A DNA stretch of 32,000 bases from Methanocaldococcus jannaschii DSM 2661 (GTDB lineage Archaea; AGJL01; Methanococci; Methanococcales; Methanocaldococcaceae), in contig NC_000909.1 in NCBI RefSeq assembly GCF_000091665.1, positions 90,870 through 122,869 of the forward strand, in the 5' to 3' direction. The translations under genes were made by a program, and so were the position numbers. Below the pieces are notes generated by a model. The model searched no databases and was not told the DNA's origin. It saw only the letters and a list, made by a program, of their open reading frames with translations. Of this stretch, positions 17,822 through 27,361 are shown piece after piece (within the stretch, counting starts at the first letter, position 1; each line of letters opens with the position of its first letter).

Positions 17822-19288
17822 TTAAGCTGTTTGATTCTTCTCCTTCCATTCTTTTAATATCTTATCCCAGTTATTTCTTAAGAAGTCACCAACTTGAGAT
17901 GAATCTCTTGTTCCAACAACACATGTCCAGCCGGTTTTGTCTTCAATATCTCCTCTTGTAGAAGCAGCTAAAGCTGGCAATATTATTATCCTGTGGCTAA
18001 CTTTATCAGCGATTCCTGTCTCTTCAATTAATTTTTTAGCATTTTCTCCATTATACTGCCCTCCTGCAACTGAAACATCAACAGCCTTTCCTCCAGTGTC
18101 CATAACCAATAGCCAGCAGGTAACGTTATCTTTCTCAAAGTCTCCTGTAACTGTGTAGAATGTTAATGAGAAGTTTGTTGTTAATATAACTGGGCTGTTT
18201 TCGTCTGGATTGCCAATTGGGTATAAGCCTGGCTCAACTGCCTGTGGCTTTCTTGGGTCTGTATAGATACACTGTCTCAATGTTAGGACTGGCATTAATT
18301 CCCATATATCCATTCCATGCATAATTAAAGCATCTGCATATCTGTTCATCAATGTATTGGCTATTGTAGCCTCAAACATCTTAGCAACAACCTCTTTATC
18401 CTCAAAAAATCCAGAGATTGGGCATTCATTTTTTAAAGCATAATAATAAGCGTTAATTGGTAAATTTAATATTGGAAATCCTAAGTATTTATCTTCCTTC
18501 TCAATAGCACTCCTCCTAATCATTACATTCAAATCTAATGTTTCAGCGATATTTTCTGGGTATGTGTGAGGTTCTAAAACTAAATCTTCAATACCATTAG
18601 CTAAGCACTTTGCAGCCATGTTTTTTAAATCTTTAACATTATTTGATGATAAAACCAAAACAACGTCCTTTTTAACTTCTTTAATAACCTTTATGAAATC
18701 ATTTAACGTTTCTTTTGTTGCGGCATAGACCATTGGCTTTGATTTAACAACTTTTAAAGCTTCCTTTATAACCTCCGGATTTAATGAGGCAATGCAAATA
18801 GGCATCTTTGTTTCTTTTTCAACAATTTCTATAGCTTTTTTAAACTTCTCAACATCTCCAGATGCATTTCTTATAACAATAAAGTCTAATTTTAACTTTT
18901 CTCCAGTTCTTTCAAATACAAAGTTCTCTATTTCCTTAGCTCTATTTTTAATTTCTTCTTCACTTAACTCGTCGCTAATATCAACACCAATTGGTGTAGG
19001 GTTAAAGAATGATAACTGATATCTATACATTACCTCGTCTCCACCCATAACCGCCTTTTTTTCTTCGTTCCCAAACCAAACTTCTTTTACTGGTGGAGAG
19101 ATAAGCTCTATAATCTTCTTTTTATTTTTCTCAAATTTTGGGGTGTTTAATATAGGACATTGGTCAATTGTTGCCTCTTTCTCTAACAGTTTTGTAGCAA
19201 ATGCCATGCATGACGGATAACCGCATTTTTTACAGTTTGTTTTTGGCAGTAATTTGTAAATATCCATTGCACTAATCTTTTTTGGCAT
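17822..19288 (-). CDS. cdhE: Acetyl-CoA decarbonylase/synthase gamma subunit (corrinoid/iron-sulfur protein large subunit)
   Basis: 488 aa; N-terminal Fe-S motif KTNCKKCGYPSCMAFATKLL; C-terminal conserved CdhE region (TGWTCVVGTRDSSQVGDFLR). Confidence 0.95.
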   Translation of the reverse strand: MPKKISAMDIYKLLPKTNCKKCGYPSCMAFATKLLEKEATIDQCPILNTPKFEKNKKKIIELISPPVKEVWFGNEEKKAVMGGDEVMYRYQLSFFNPTPIGVDISDELSEEEIKNRAKEIENFVFERTGEKLKLDFIVIRNASGDVEKFKKAIEIVEKETKMPICIASLNPEVIKEALKVVKSKPMVYAATKETLNDFIKVIKEVKKDVVLVLSSNNVKDLKNMAAKCLANGIEDLVLEPHTYPENIAETLDLNVMIRRSAIEKEDKYLGFPILNLPINAYYYALKNECPISGFFEDKEVVAKMFEATIANTLMNRYADALIMHGMDIWELMPVLTLRQCIYTDPRKPQAVEPGLYPIGNPDENSPVILTTNFSLTFYTVTGDFEKDNVTCWLLVMDTGGKAVDVSVAGGQYNGENAKKLIEETGIADKVSHRIIILPALAASTRGDIEDKTGWTCVVGTRDSSQVGDFLRNNWDKILKEWKEKNQTA

Positions 19289-19390
19289 TCTATCACCTTT
19301 AGATTAATAATTACAATTATATTACAATTTTATGCCTTTGCCACAATCTAATCGTAGTTGTTGGTGTTTATCTTACGTATTTAACTAAGC

Positions 19391-19465
19391 TTGGACATTA
19401 ATTGGGGCTGATAGCCCCAACTTAATGGACGGGAGGTATCCCAATAGGAGGTCTCCTCCTATGGG
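19391..19465. repeat. Mosaic hairpin element F at the cdhD 3' end
   Basis: ttggacattaattGGGGCtgataGCCCCaacttaatggacgggaggtatcccAATAGGAGGtctCCTCCTATggg. Confidence 0.85.
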
Positions 19466-20646
19466 CTGACAATCCACTCATAGTTGTTTGTGTTTAGTTT
19501 AACCTCTCCTGGCTTGGTTGTTAGAGTTTTTCCAATCTCTTTCAGTGTTTTAACTGATATTGGATTGAGCATCATGAATAAATCTACTCCACACATCATC
19601 ATCGTAATTCCAGTAGTTATTTCCCATAATGGTAATCTATACTCTCTTGGCCCCCATTCAGGATTGTTCATCCATGCCTCTCTTGCTCCAATAGCGTTTG
19701 TTGTTCCAGATGACATTGGCATATTAACCAACTCATCTCCCTTCAATCCATTTAATCTTAATCTAACCATTGCGTTGATTGAGAACTCAATCCCATAACC
19801 TAAAGCACATGTTGTTGGATCCATAACTATTCTATTTGGGTCCAAACCAGCTTCAACAAGTTTTCTATTTAAATCTCTCGCCATATTTGGGTCCATAATA
19901 CTCCATGCTAATACGTTGTGGTCATATTTCATAGCTGCATCAACTATCTTTTTATAATCCAACTCCAAGTTTGCTGAAGCTAATAAGCATCTATCTCCTT
20001 CTGCTACTTCAGCACATGCTTCCAAAACTAAAGGGTCTTTTTGAGGATTTCCACTACCTCCAATAACAAATGGAACATCAACTGCCTGTAATAAATCTTC
20101 CATTAATTTTGCAGCTTCTTTTGGACTTTTATCTTTAATTTTTGGGTCTGTGGAGATGTGGTGAATTGTTATCATATCTGCCCCAAATTCTTTAACACAC
20201 TTCTTTGCCCATTCGCAAGGGTCTTCCATAACATCCTGGAAAAACTGCCTAATTGGTTTTGGTAATCCTGGCATTGGTATATCGAATATATCGAAAGTAA
20301 CAACTGGTGGATTTGGCTGTGGTTCTTCAAATCTATATAAAGCTCTCTGTCCCCCAATTTTCACAACTTTTCCTCTTCCTCCTTCTGATTTTGGTTTTCC
20401 AAATTGGACTTCTCTTATATATCCAGGATATTTTTCAACTGGTGGTTCCCAATCTAACTCTGGGACATCTTTAATTTCTATAATTCCTTCTTCAGCCAAT
20501 TTTTCTTTTATTGATGGTGTTTGAGGAATAACTATTGGAGGGGCTGATGGGATATTTATAATTAATTCATCTGCGGTGATTTTTATATCCTCAATCTCAA
20601 TTCTACCAACTTTTTCAATGATTTTTATCAAAGTATTTAAATCCAT
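19459..20646 (-). CDS. cdhD: Acetyl-CoA decarbonylase/synthase delta subunit (corrinoid/iron-sulfur protein small subunit)
   Basis: VVTFDIFDIPMPGLPKPIRQFFQDV...DPTTCALGYGIEFSINAMVRLR...GAREAW. Start MDLNTLIKIIEKV preferred over the track start. Confidence 0.95.
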   Translation of the reverse strand: MDLNTLIKIIEKVGRIEIEDIKITADELIINIPSAPPIVIPQTPSIKEKLAEEGIIEIKDVPELDWEPPVEKYPGYIREVQFGKPKSEGGRGKVVKIGGQRALYRFEEPQPNPPVVTFDIFDIPMPGLPKPIRQFFQDVMEDPCEWAKKCVKEFGADMITIHHISTDPKIKDKSPKEAAKLMEDLLQAVDVPFVIGGSGNPQKDPLVLEACAEVAEGDRCLLASANLELDYKKIVDAAMKYDHNVLAWSIMDPNMARDLNRKLVEAGLDPNRIVMDPTTCALGYGIEFSINAMVRLRLNGLKGDELVNMPMSSGTTNAIGAREAWMNNPEWGPREYRLPLWEITTGITMMMCGVDLFMMLNPISVKTLKEIGKTLTTKPGEVKLNTNNYEWIVSP

Positions 20647-20845
20647 AACCTCACCCAATCTGTCATTATAAATCATTATAGATTAAGATTAAGTTATTAC
20701 CAAACTTCATATATAAACGTTATTATTTCAATTTTTTAAAGGAAAATTTCTAAAAAATAAAAAATATTTTATTTTATCTTAAATTGACAAACAGTATTCG
20801 TTATTAGATATTTTAATAGCTATATTACATTTTGTATGAAAAACT

Positions 20846-20853
20846 TTTATATA
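20846..20853 (+). promoter_or_regulatory. Archaeal TATA box candidate for tRNA-Sec
   Basis: aaacTTTATATAttt, 41 bp before the mature tRNA 5' end. Confidence 0.5.
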
Positions 20854-20893
20854 TTTTGGATGTCTATCAATATTACTGCCTACTACCCATTAA

Positions 20894-20982
20894 TGTGGCG
20901 CGGGGTACCGGGCTTGGTAGCCCGGGGCGGACTTCAGATCCGTCGAGGGCGAGAGCCCTCGGGGTTCGATTCCCCCCCTGCG
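20894..20982 (+). tRNA. selC: Selenocysteine tRNA (UCA)
   Basis: 9-bp acceptor GGCGCGGGG/CCCTGCGCC (one G-U), long D stem CCGGGC/GCCCGG, anticodon loop CTTCAGA, variable arm CGAGGGCGAGAGCCCTCG, 4-bp T stem GGGG TTCGATT CCCC, discriminator G. Confidence 0.97.
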
Positions 20983-21004
20983 CCGTCATTATTTTTGTGA
21001 GATT

Positions 21005-21916
21005 ATGGAGAAAGTGTATTCAAAATTTGGAAGAATTGAAGATTTAAAAGAAATTATTTCTGGATTGGTTAATTTTACAGGAATTATTAGAATAGACAAT
21101 GCCCTTCTCTTTTACATTGACTCAAAACTTATCTCATCAAAGTTTAATGGTAGAGAAAAAAGTTTAGAAGAGATATTTTCACAAATTCCAGACGAGTTTT
21201 TAATAGAGATTTATCAAGGAAATGAAAAGGAAGTAAAATCTGCTCTTATAAATTTTAAACCAGAGGAATCTATTGTTGAAATTTCTAAGCTAAGCCTGGT
21301 TTTTGAGAATGAGGTTATTTTGAATTCTTACAACGATGTATATAAATATTTAACTTACATAAATAAAGTTATTTTTATGCCAAAAAGATTTAAAAATGAA
21401 AAAGGGATTGTTGTTTATAAAAACAAGAGAGAGGTTTTTGCAGTATATTTTGGTAGAAAAACTTTATTTGGGAAGAAAGCAATTAGCAAACTAAAAACAA
21501 CATTTGCCGTTAGTGAAATAATTGCAAAAATTGAGAAAATATCCAATGAAGAATTAAATTCTTTAAAAAATCAATATCCTGAAGGCGTTTTATTGTTTGG
21601 AGATTCAATTAACGATGTTGTTAAGAAAATAATATCTTCAAAAAAACCTATAATCTTAGAAAATGTTTCATTGATTGATGCTCTATCTTACGGAACATGT
21701 TTAATTAAGATTGAGGGTAGTGAAATTGGATATATTGTAGCTAAAGATGGAAAACCAGTATATGCATTTTTAAATGATTATGATGGAGAAAAAAGTTACA
21801 GATTGTTAAAGAGCATGTGTATTGTTGAAGATGTTAAATACTCCATCTATAAGCTATCAAAAGAAGAGTATGACATGTTTAAAACATTTCAGGAAAACAA
21901 AATCCCATTATCTTAA
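21005..21916 (+). CDS. Conserved hypothetical protein, possibly DUF2226 family
   Basis: 303 aa long single ORF beginning 22 nt after tRNA-Sec. Family name from memory, unverified. Confidence 0.6.
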
Positions 21917-22380
21917 TCCTTATCAATCATTTTTATAGCCATTTCATAGGCTTTCTTTAAATCTCCTGTCTCTAAGATACATTTTTCAGCAATATCTTTT
22001 GGAATGCCTTTTTTAACAAAAACTTCCACTGCCTCTTTAAAAAACTGGCTATTTCTTATAATTTCCTCAGCAAGCTGTTTTTTTAGCTCCATGTATTCAT
22101 CTGGACTTATGTTGTTTTTAGCAAGCTCATAATCCCTGTAAGGGCAGGGTTTTGTTATTTTACAACACCAAACTAAACTACCAAAGCATGTATTTTCTCC
22201 TAAACCAAGTTTTGTCCTCTTTCCAAATTCTTCCTTTATTCTTATAAACTCCTCTGGTGACATTTTCAATACAGCTAACGCTTTATGAATAGGACAGTAT
22301 TTTATTGGAGGACAGCAAAAAGCTAAACCTCTCAAATCTCCTCCCCTACATATATGAGATGGAGCATTCTCCCAGCCCAT
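21913..22380 (-). CDS. Putative methanogenesis marker 9 domain protein
   Basis: 155 aa; [33 protein letters not shown] and [22 protein letters not shown] cysteine-rich motifs. Confidence 0.65.
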
Positions 22381-22384
22381 AATT

Positions 22385-23062
22385 TCACCTTATCATTTCT
22401 TTTATTTTTTCAACAACTTTTTCTATTGCGTTATTCAAAATTTTCTCTCCAAGTTTTTTATCCAACTTAACTCCAAATCTTTTAACAACTTTTGCCTCTT
22501 TATCTATTGCTTTGTTGTTTTCTCTTGCCTCTTTTAGCCCAACCATTCCTACTTCAGGATATTTTTCAAAGTTGTTGTGCTCTTTCAAAGTTTCTTCATC
22601 AGCTTTAGCTATTCCAATAATGTAACCAACAGAAACCTCCTCAGTTGATGCATGTGTAAAGGTTATATTTATCATCTCAACCTTTATATCAAACTCATAC
22701 TCTAAATCTTTTAAAAAACTTTCAACTAAGATGTTTCCCCCATGGCAATTAACTATCAAAAACTTCTCTACACCAATTTTTTTACCTTCATTTATCAAAA
22801 ATCTCATATAGCTATAAACTTCCTCTGGTTTGTTGTGAATGCCATGCTTAACATACTCATATTCAGTTGATGGAATAACAACTCCTAAAAACTTAGCCCC
22901 AGTTAAAATAGATGCCTTTAAAGCTATATAAGATGCTATCTTTATATCAGTGTCTATTGGCAAAACAGCTCCATGATTTTCTAAGAATGACCCAAGGGCA
23001 ATAATCCCCACTTTATGGACTTTTTCATTTAATACATTTCCTGATGATAATCTAAGTTGCAT
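22385..23062 (-). CDS. arfB: Creatininase-family FAPy deformylase ArfB-like (archaeal riboflavin/F420 pathway)
   Basis: 225 aa; [37 protein letters not shown]; matches recalled MJ0116 context. Confidence 0.85.
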
Positions 23063-23103
23063 AATATCCCAGAAATGTAAAATTTTGATATAAAAAAAGA
23101 AAA

Positions 23104-23286
23104 TTACTCTGCCTTATTTTTATTTTTTAAAGCTCTTTTTAACATTCTCCTATATTTTCCCCATCTATCCTCTAAAGAAAATTTTGGTGGTTTTGGAATT
23201 ACCGTTTTCTCTCCACATTTTGGACAGATTTCTTTTAAAGTATATAGCCCGCATTTTGGACATTTTTTCATTCTCATCTCTACCAC
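23104..23286 (-). CDS. nop10: Ribosome biogenesis / H/ACA RNP protein Nop10
   Basis: 60 aa; [42 protein letters not shown]. Confidence 0.95.
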
Positions 23287-23292
23287 TTATCT

Positions 23293-24084
23293 TTATTTCT
23301 TACTCTCCCTATAGTAAGTTCCTTCTCCACCAAGTTTTTTAATTGTTGCTACTGCCTTTTCACAAACTTTTTTAAAAACCTCCTCTCCACTCTTGTAATC
23401 TGGAGCTATAACAACAACCCTATACTTTGGAGCTCCTATATAGGTTATCTTAACCTCAACATCCTCATAAGGGTTAGCTTTTAAGGCTGTTGTTAATGCT
23501 TTCTTTATTTGTTTAATTCCATCTGGGGCGTAAGATTTCATCTCAATAACTCCTTCAACTTCAACGTTTGTTAGCTCAATACTCTCCTTAGCTACTTCAT
23601 ATAAAACATTTTTCCATTCTTCACTAATCTCTAAATCATCTAAAACTTCTTTCCCTTCAATAACCATTGTTTCAAAGGCATTGTATAGCTCCCCAAACTC
23701 ATCCTCCAACAAATAGCCAACCTCTTCCCAAGCTTCCTCTAAGCTTTTACCCAATTTTTCAGCAGCTCTTTCAAGCATCTTTGAAGCTCTTTGGAATCTC
23801 TTCCATTCTTGAACTTTTGCCCTTTTTTGCTGCTCAGTAACTCTCTTTAAGGATAAATCAATATGTCCCTTCCTCTCATCAACTCTCAAAACCTTTGCAA
23901 CAACTCTCTGCCCAACTTTAACGTGGTCTCTAATGTTTTTAACCCATCCTGATGTAACCTCAGAGATGTGAATCATTCCTTCCTTTCCTGGGTATTCTAA
24001 AAGCTCTACGAATGCTCCATACGGCTTAACATCCTTTACAGTTCCTATAACTATATCTCCTTCTTCTGGAAATTCTCTTCTCAT
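23293..24084 (-). CDS. eif2a: Translation initiation factor aIF2 alpha subunit
   Basis: S1 domain (EGDIVIGTVKDVKPYGAFVELLEYPGKEGMIHISEV...VDERKGHIDLSLKRV) and aIF2alpha C-terminal domain. Confidence 0.96.
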   Translation of the reverse strand: MRREFPEEGDIVIGTVKDVKPYGAFVELLEYPGKEGMIHISEVTSGWVKNIRDHVKVGQRVVAKVLRVDERKGHIDLSLKRVTEQQKRAKVQEWKRFQRASKMLERAAEKLGKSLEEAWEEVGYLLEDEFGELYNAFETMVIEGKEVLDDLEISEEWKNVLYEVAKESIELTNVEVEGVIEMKSYAPDGIKQIKKALTTALKANPYEDVEVKITYIGAPKYRVVVIAPDYKSGEEVFKKVCEKAVATIKKLGGEGTYYRESKK

Positions 24085-24324
24085 AATAAACACCTCATAA
24101 AATTAGATTCTGTTCCTTTAAAATTAATTATAATGTAGTAATATAAAAAGATTGAATTGGTGAATTTGCTTTTTCATTATTTGAGTTTAAGAGATATATA
24201 TTACTTAGGTTTATCCGCAAACTTTATTTATGAATTTAGATAATAAAATTTAAATTTTTAATTTTCTTAAAGTAATATTAAATTTATCGAAAGTATTATA
24301 AAGGTTGAAAGAAATAGTAGAGTT

Positions 24325-24828
24325 ATGAAAAATGAGGTGAAATTTATGAGTGAAGTGATAAAGGTTGTTGATGTAAAAATATTTCCACACAGATATTTGA
24401 AGGCAGAAACTACAGAGAAGGTATTAAATGAGATTTATGATTTGGATGGAATTGTTAGGGTTATAGTTCATGGACAACCCTTGCCAAAAACTGTTCCATT
24501 TGGTCCTGCAAGAGGATTGCCTGTAAATCACCAAGATAGAAAAGTTATTAAGGTTAAAGGCGAAGAAATGGAATTGAGAGTTAAAGTTGGAGAGATAATT
24601 ATAACAGTTGAAGGAGAAAAACTTGAAAAGATAATGGATGGAATAGAAGAGATATGTAAAAGAAACTTCCCATTTGGATATGATATCTATGTAGGTGCAT
24701 TTACTAAAATAAAGCCAACTGTAACTGATTATATGAAGTATGGAGATATTAGCAGTATAGACCCAAGATTGATTGGCATGGTAGATGCATCAGCAAGATT
24801 AAAAGATTCTGTAAAGATGATAAAATAA
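24325..24828 (+). CDS. mrtD: McrD/MrtD-like methyl-coenzyme M reductase operon protein D, stand-alone
   Basis: 167 aa; VVDVKIFPHRYLKAETTEKVLNEIYDLDGIVRVIVHGQPLPKTVPFGPARGLPVNHQDRK. Start may be 24346 (MSEVIK). Confidence 0.8.
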   Translation: MKNEVKFMSEVIKVVDVKIFPHRYLKAETTEKVLNEIYDLDGIVRVIVHGQPLPKTVPFGPARGLPVNHQDRKVIKVKGEEMELRVKVGEIIITVEGEKLEKIMDGIEEICKRNFPFGYDIYVGAFTKIKPTVTDYMKYGDISSIDPRLIGMVDASARLKDSVKMIK

Positions 24829-24853
24829 ATAATTAAAAAAATATTTTTTATTT

Positions 24854-25498
24854 TTAAAATACTTTCAAATCAATACCTTCTATATAAACTCTTTTTCCCT
24901 CAACTTGCACTACTACTCCAGAATGAACCTTCTGCATCATACAGTGTTTTGGGATAAATTTAACAGTTTTTCCAACCTCTGGAACTTTACCTTCTACAAT
25001 TCCCTCAAATGCAACAACTATCGCTATACCAACATCTTTATACTCTATTTTTTCCCCAGTTATCCTATGGCTCGGTCCCACTACATGGATTATATAAAAG
25101 CCATGATACTCATCGATTATTTTAGCAAAGTGTGGAATTGGACAACCTAAAGGTCTATATCTTATATAATCTCCAACTTTAAGCTCTTTTTTATCCATAA
25201 TTAATAGTGTCTCTCTACAAGAACATTCATTTGGTAGAGGTTTTAATAGAAAATCTGCCTCATATCCATCAATAACTCCAATGTATTTTTCCTCTTTTTT
25301 AATTTTTCCTTTAATCTTTAAAATCTCTTTTAATTTTTCATAGTTTTCTTTAAATCTCTCCCTAAGCAAAAATGGGCAGTCCTCTAATTTTACATCTTTA
25401 TTTAATAATGCCTCAGCAAATAAATCACATCTCTTATAACCACAAGCTCCACAATTGAATCCTGGAAGATATTTGGTAATTTCATTTACATCGACCAT
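24854..25498 (-). CDS. 4Fe-4S (CdhE/AcsC-type N-terminal) domain protein of unknown function
   Basis: [32 protein letters not shown], then a conserved region with CSCRETL. Start chosen to overlap the 25500 stop region. Confidence 0.75.
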   Translation of the reverse strand: MVDVNEITKYLPGFNCGACGYKRCDLFAEALLNKDVKLEDCPFLLRERFKENYEKLKEILKIKGKIKKEEKYIGVIDGYEADFLLKPLPNECSCRETLLIMDKKELKVGDYIRYRPLGCPIPHFAKIIDEYHGFYIIHVVGPSHRITGEKIEYKDVGIAIVVAFEGIVEGKVPEVGKTVKFIPKHCMMQKVHSGVVVQVEGKRVYIEGIDLKVF

Positions 25499-25499
25499 T

Positions 25500-26201
25500 T
25501 TACTCCCCTTCATATTCCATGAATCCATCTATTCTTCTTAAAATTCCTCTGTGATACTTTTTACTAACTCTTGTCTCTCCAACACATAAGGTGCAAATAC
25601 ACAATGGAGCGTTGTGTCTTAGCTCTTCATTTTCTAAATCTTTAATATCTTTGCTTTCAATAATCTCCTTGGCTATTTCAACACATCCCTGCCCTGTAAG
25701 TCCATTAACTTCATAAATTCTACAATTTGGGTTCATCTCTAAAACTCTTTCTCTAAAAACTTCTCTTTCAGCTTGAGAGATGATATCTCCTTTGGTTATA
25801 ACTACAATATCTGCACTTGTTAAGAACGGCCCTACTTTTCTTGGCGTGTTCGGCCCTGAAGTGGCATCAATGACACAAATTCCCAAACTGTTTTTTGTGT
25901 AAGGGGCACATCTATGGCAGAGACCAGCAGTTTCTATTAGTAAGATATCTCCCTTATCCTTAGCCCAATCAACCATTTCTTCAAAGTTGTATATTGCAAA
26001 GTGGTCTGGGCACATATCCTTACTTAAACCAACTAAAACAGGGATGCCCAATTTTTTATACCTGACATCATCGTCAGTATATAAACAGTCAATTTTTACA
26101 ACTACTGGCTTATATCCTTCATTAATTAAGGTTCTTATTGTGTGAATTAATACTGAAGTCTTTCCAGCTCCAGGGGTTCCTGCAACTATTGCCACTTTCA
26201 T
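25500..26201 (-). CDS. CobW/HypB/UreG-type nucleotide-binding protein
   Basis: 233 aa; [55 protein letters not shown], plus C-terminal cysteine motifs CICTLC. Confidence 0.82.
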   Translation of the reverse strand: MKVAIVAGTPGAGKTSVLIHTIRTLINEGYKPVVVKIDCLYTDDDVRYKKLGIPVLVGLSKDMCPDHFAIYNFEEMVDWAKDKGDILLIETAGLCHRCAPYTKNSLGICVIDATSGPNTPRKVGPFLTSADIVVITKGDIISQAEREVFRERVLEMNPNCRIYEVNGLTGQGCVEIAKEIIESKDIKDLENEELRHNAPLCICTLCVGETRVSKKYHRGILRRIDGFMEYEGE

Positions 26202-26983
26202 CCTTTCACCATTAGGCTTATATCTTCATGAGTCAATCTCTCTCCAAACCTAATCTTTTCTCTTAAAGAGAGTAGCCAGTTATCAACCTCATTTATTTTT
26301 CTTGAAATTTCCTTCTCTTCTTCAGTAGTTTCTATAATCTTCTGCATTCCTCCGTTTCTCATCACTATCCTTCTATCAGTCATTAAAGCCAAGACAGGGT
26401 CGTGAGTTATAACTAAAACAATCTTTCCATATCCTGCCAATAACTCTAAAGCCTCATGCTTCTTTATTCCAGCGTTTTCAATCTCATCTATTAAAACTAT
26501 GGGAGAATCGCTTATTACAGCTACATCAGCAACCATTAAACTTCTTGACTGCCCTCCACTTAGGATTGTTAAGTTGTAGTCTTTCTTTATTGGCTCTCCT
26601 GTTAATCTATTTGCTAATTCTATGACTTCATCAACAATATTTTCTCTATAAACTCCCCTACTCTTCGCATGCATTAAAATAAACTCCTCTACAGTCATGT
26701 CTGCTAAAAAATTCATGTTTTGAGATAGTTGGGCAATTCTTCTCTTTTTTGGGTCTCTTCTCATCTCTATTGGAGGAACTTCTCCATTAACTAAAATTCT
26801 TCTCTTGGAGATGGTATCTCCTTGAGCTAACTGCTCTATATCGCTGATTAAATTTGATTTCCCACTTCCTGTTGGCCCAACAACACCGACAATCTCTCCT
26901 CTTTTTATTGTAACCTCCCTTACAGGTTCTGGATTGCCGTTCTTGTCATAACCACCGATAATTGTTATCTCCTTAATTTCCAT
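26198..26983 (-). CDS. ABC-type ATPase (no membrane partner visible)
   Basis: 261 aa; [46 protein letters not shown]. Confidence 0.88.
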   Translation of the reverse strand: MEIKEITIIGGYDKNGNPEPVREVTIKRGEIVGVVGPTGSGKSNLISDIEQLAQGDTISKRRILVNGEVPPIEMRRDPKKRRIAQLSQNMNFLADMTVEEFILMHAKSRGVYRENIVDEVIELANRLTGEPIKKDYNLTILSGGQSRSLMVADVAVISDSPIVLIDEIENAGIKKHEALELLAGYGKIVLVITHDPVLALMTDRRIVMRNGGMQKIIETTEEEKEISRKINEVDNWLLSLREKIRFGERLTHEDISLMVKG

Positions 26984-27193
26984 ATTCCCATCCTAAAAAT
27001 TATTTTTTCTTATAAGAAAAATTGATATATATATTTACATTATAAGGTTATTTACAATTACTATTGGATAAACAGTTTTATATAATTTTTGATTTTTTGC
27101 AGAATAATTTAATCTATTAATTTAAATTAATAAATATAAAAGATAAAAAAAGAAAACACCTCTTAGATGAAATTTATTTCTAAAAAAAGATGT

Positions 27194-27314
27194 ATCTACC
27201 CTTGGAAAACCGTGGCCTTCATTGAAGCCATAACGGCTACTCGGCACGGCCGCCTTGTGGGTAGAATGCCGAGGTGGTTTCATCCCCTGCGGAAGGTCGC
27301 CACCCGGGACATAT
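27194..27314 (-). ncRNA. GC-rich structured ncRNA candidate, H/ACA-like two-hairpin architecture
   Basis: Minus-strand RNA: TGTCCCGGGTGG...CCACCTCGG hairpin, then CTACCC...CCGTG...CACGG...GGGTAG hairpin, then ATACAtct followed by a T7 tract. A TATATATATTTTA box (27336-27348) sits about 27 bp upstream of the right boundary. Confidence 0.68.
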
Positions 27315-27361
27315 ATTAATTTATGCAAATTGTGGTATATATATTTTATTCCAACAATTAT

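Noticed and set aside
20832-21047. 71 aa plus-strand ORF
   Set aside because: It reads through tRNA-Sec.
27122-27328. 68 aa minus-strand ORF
   Set aside because: It spans the structured ncRNA candidate; the translation shows no protein-like conservation pattern.
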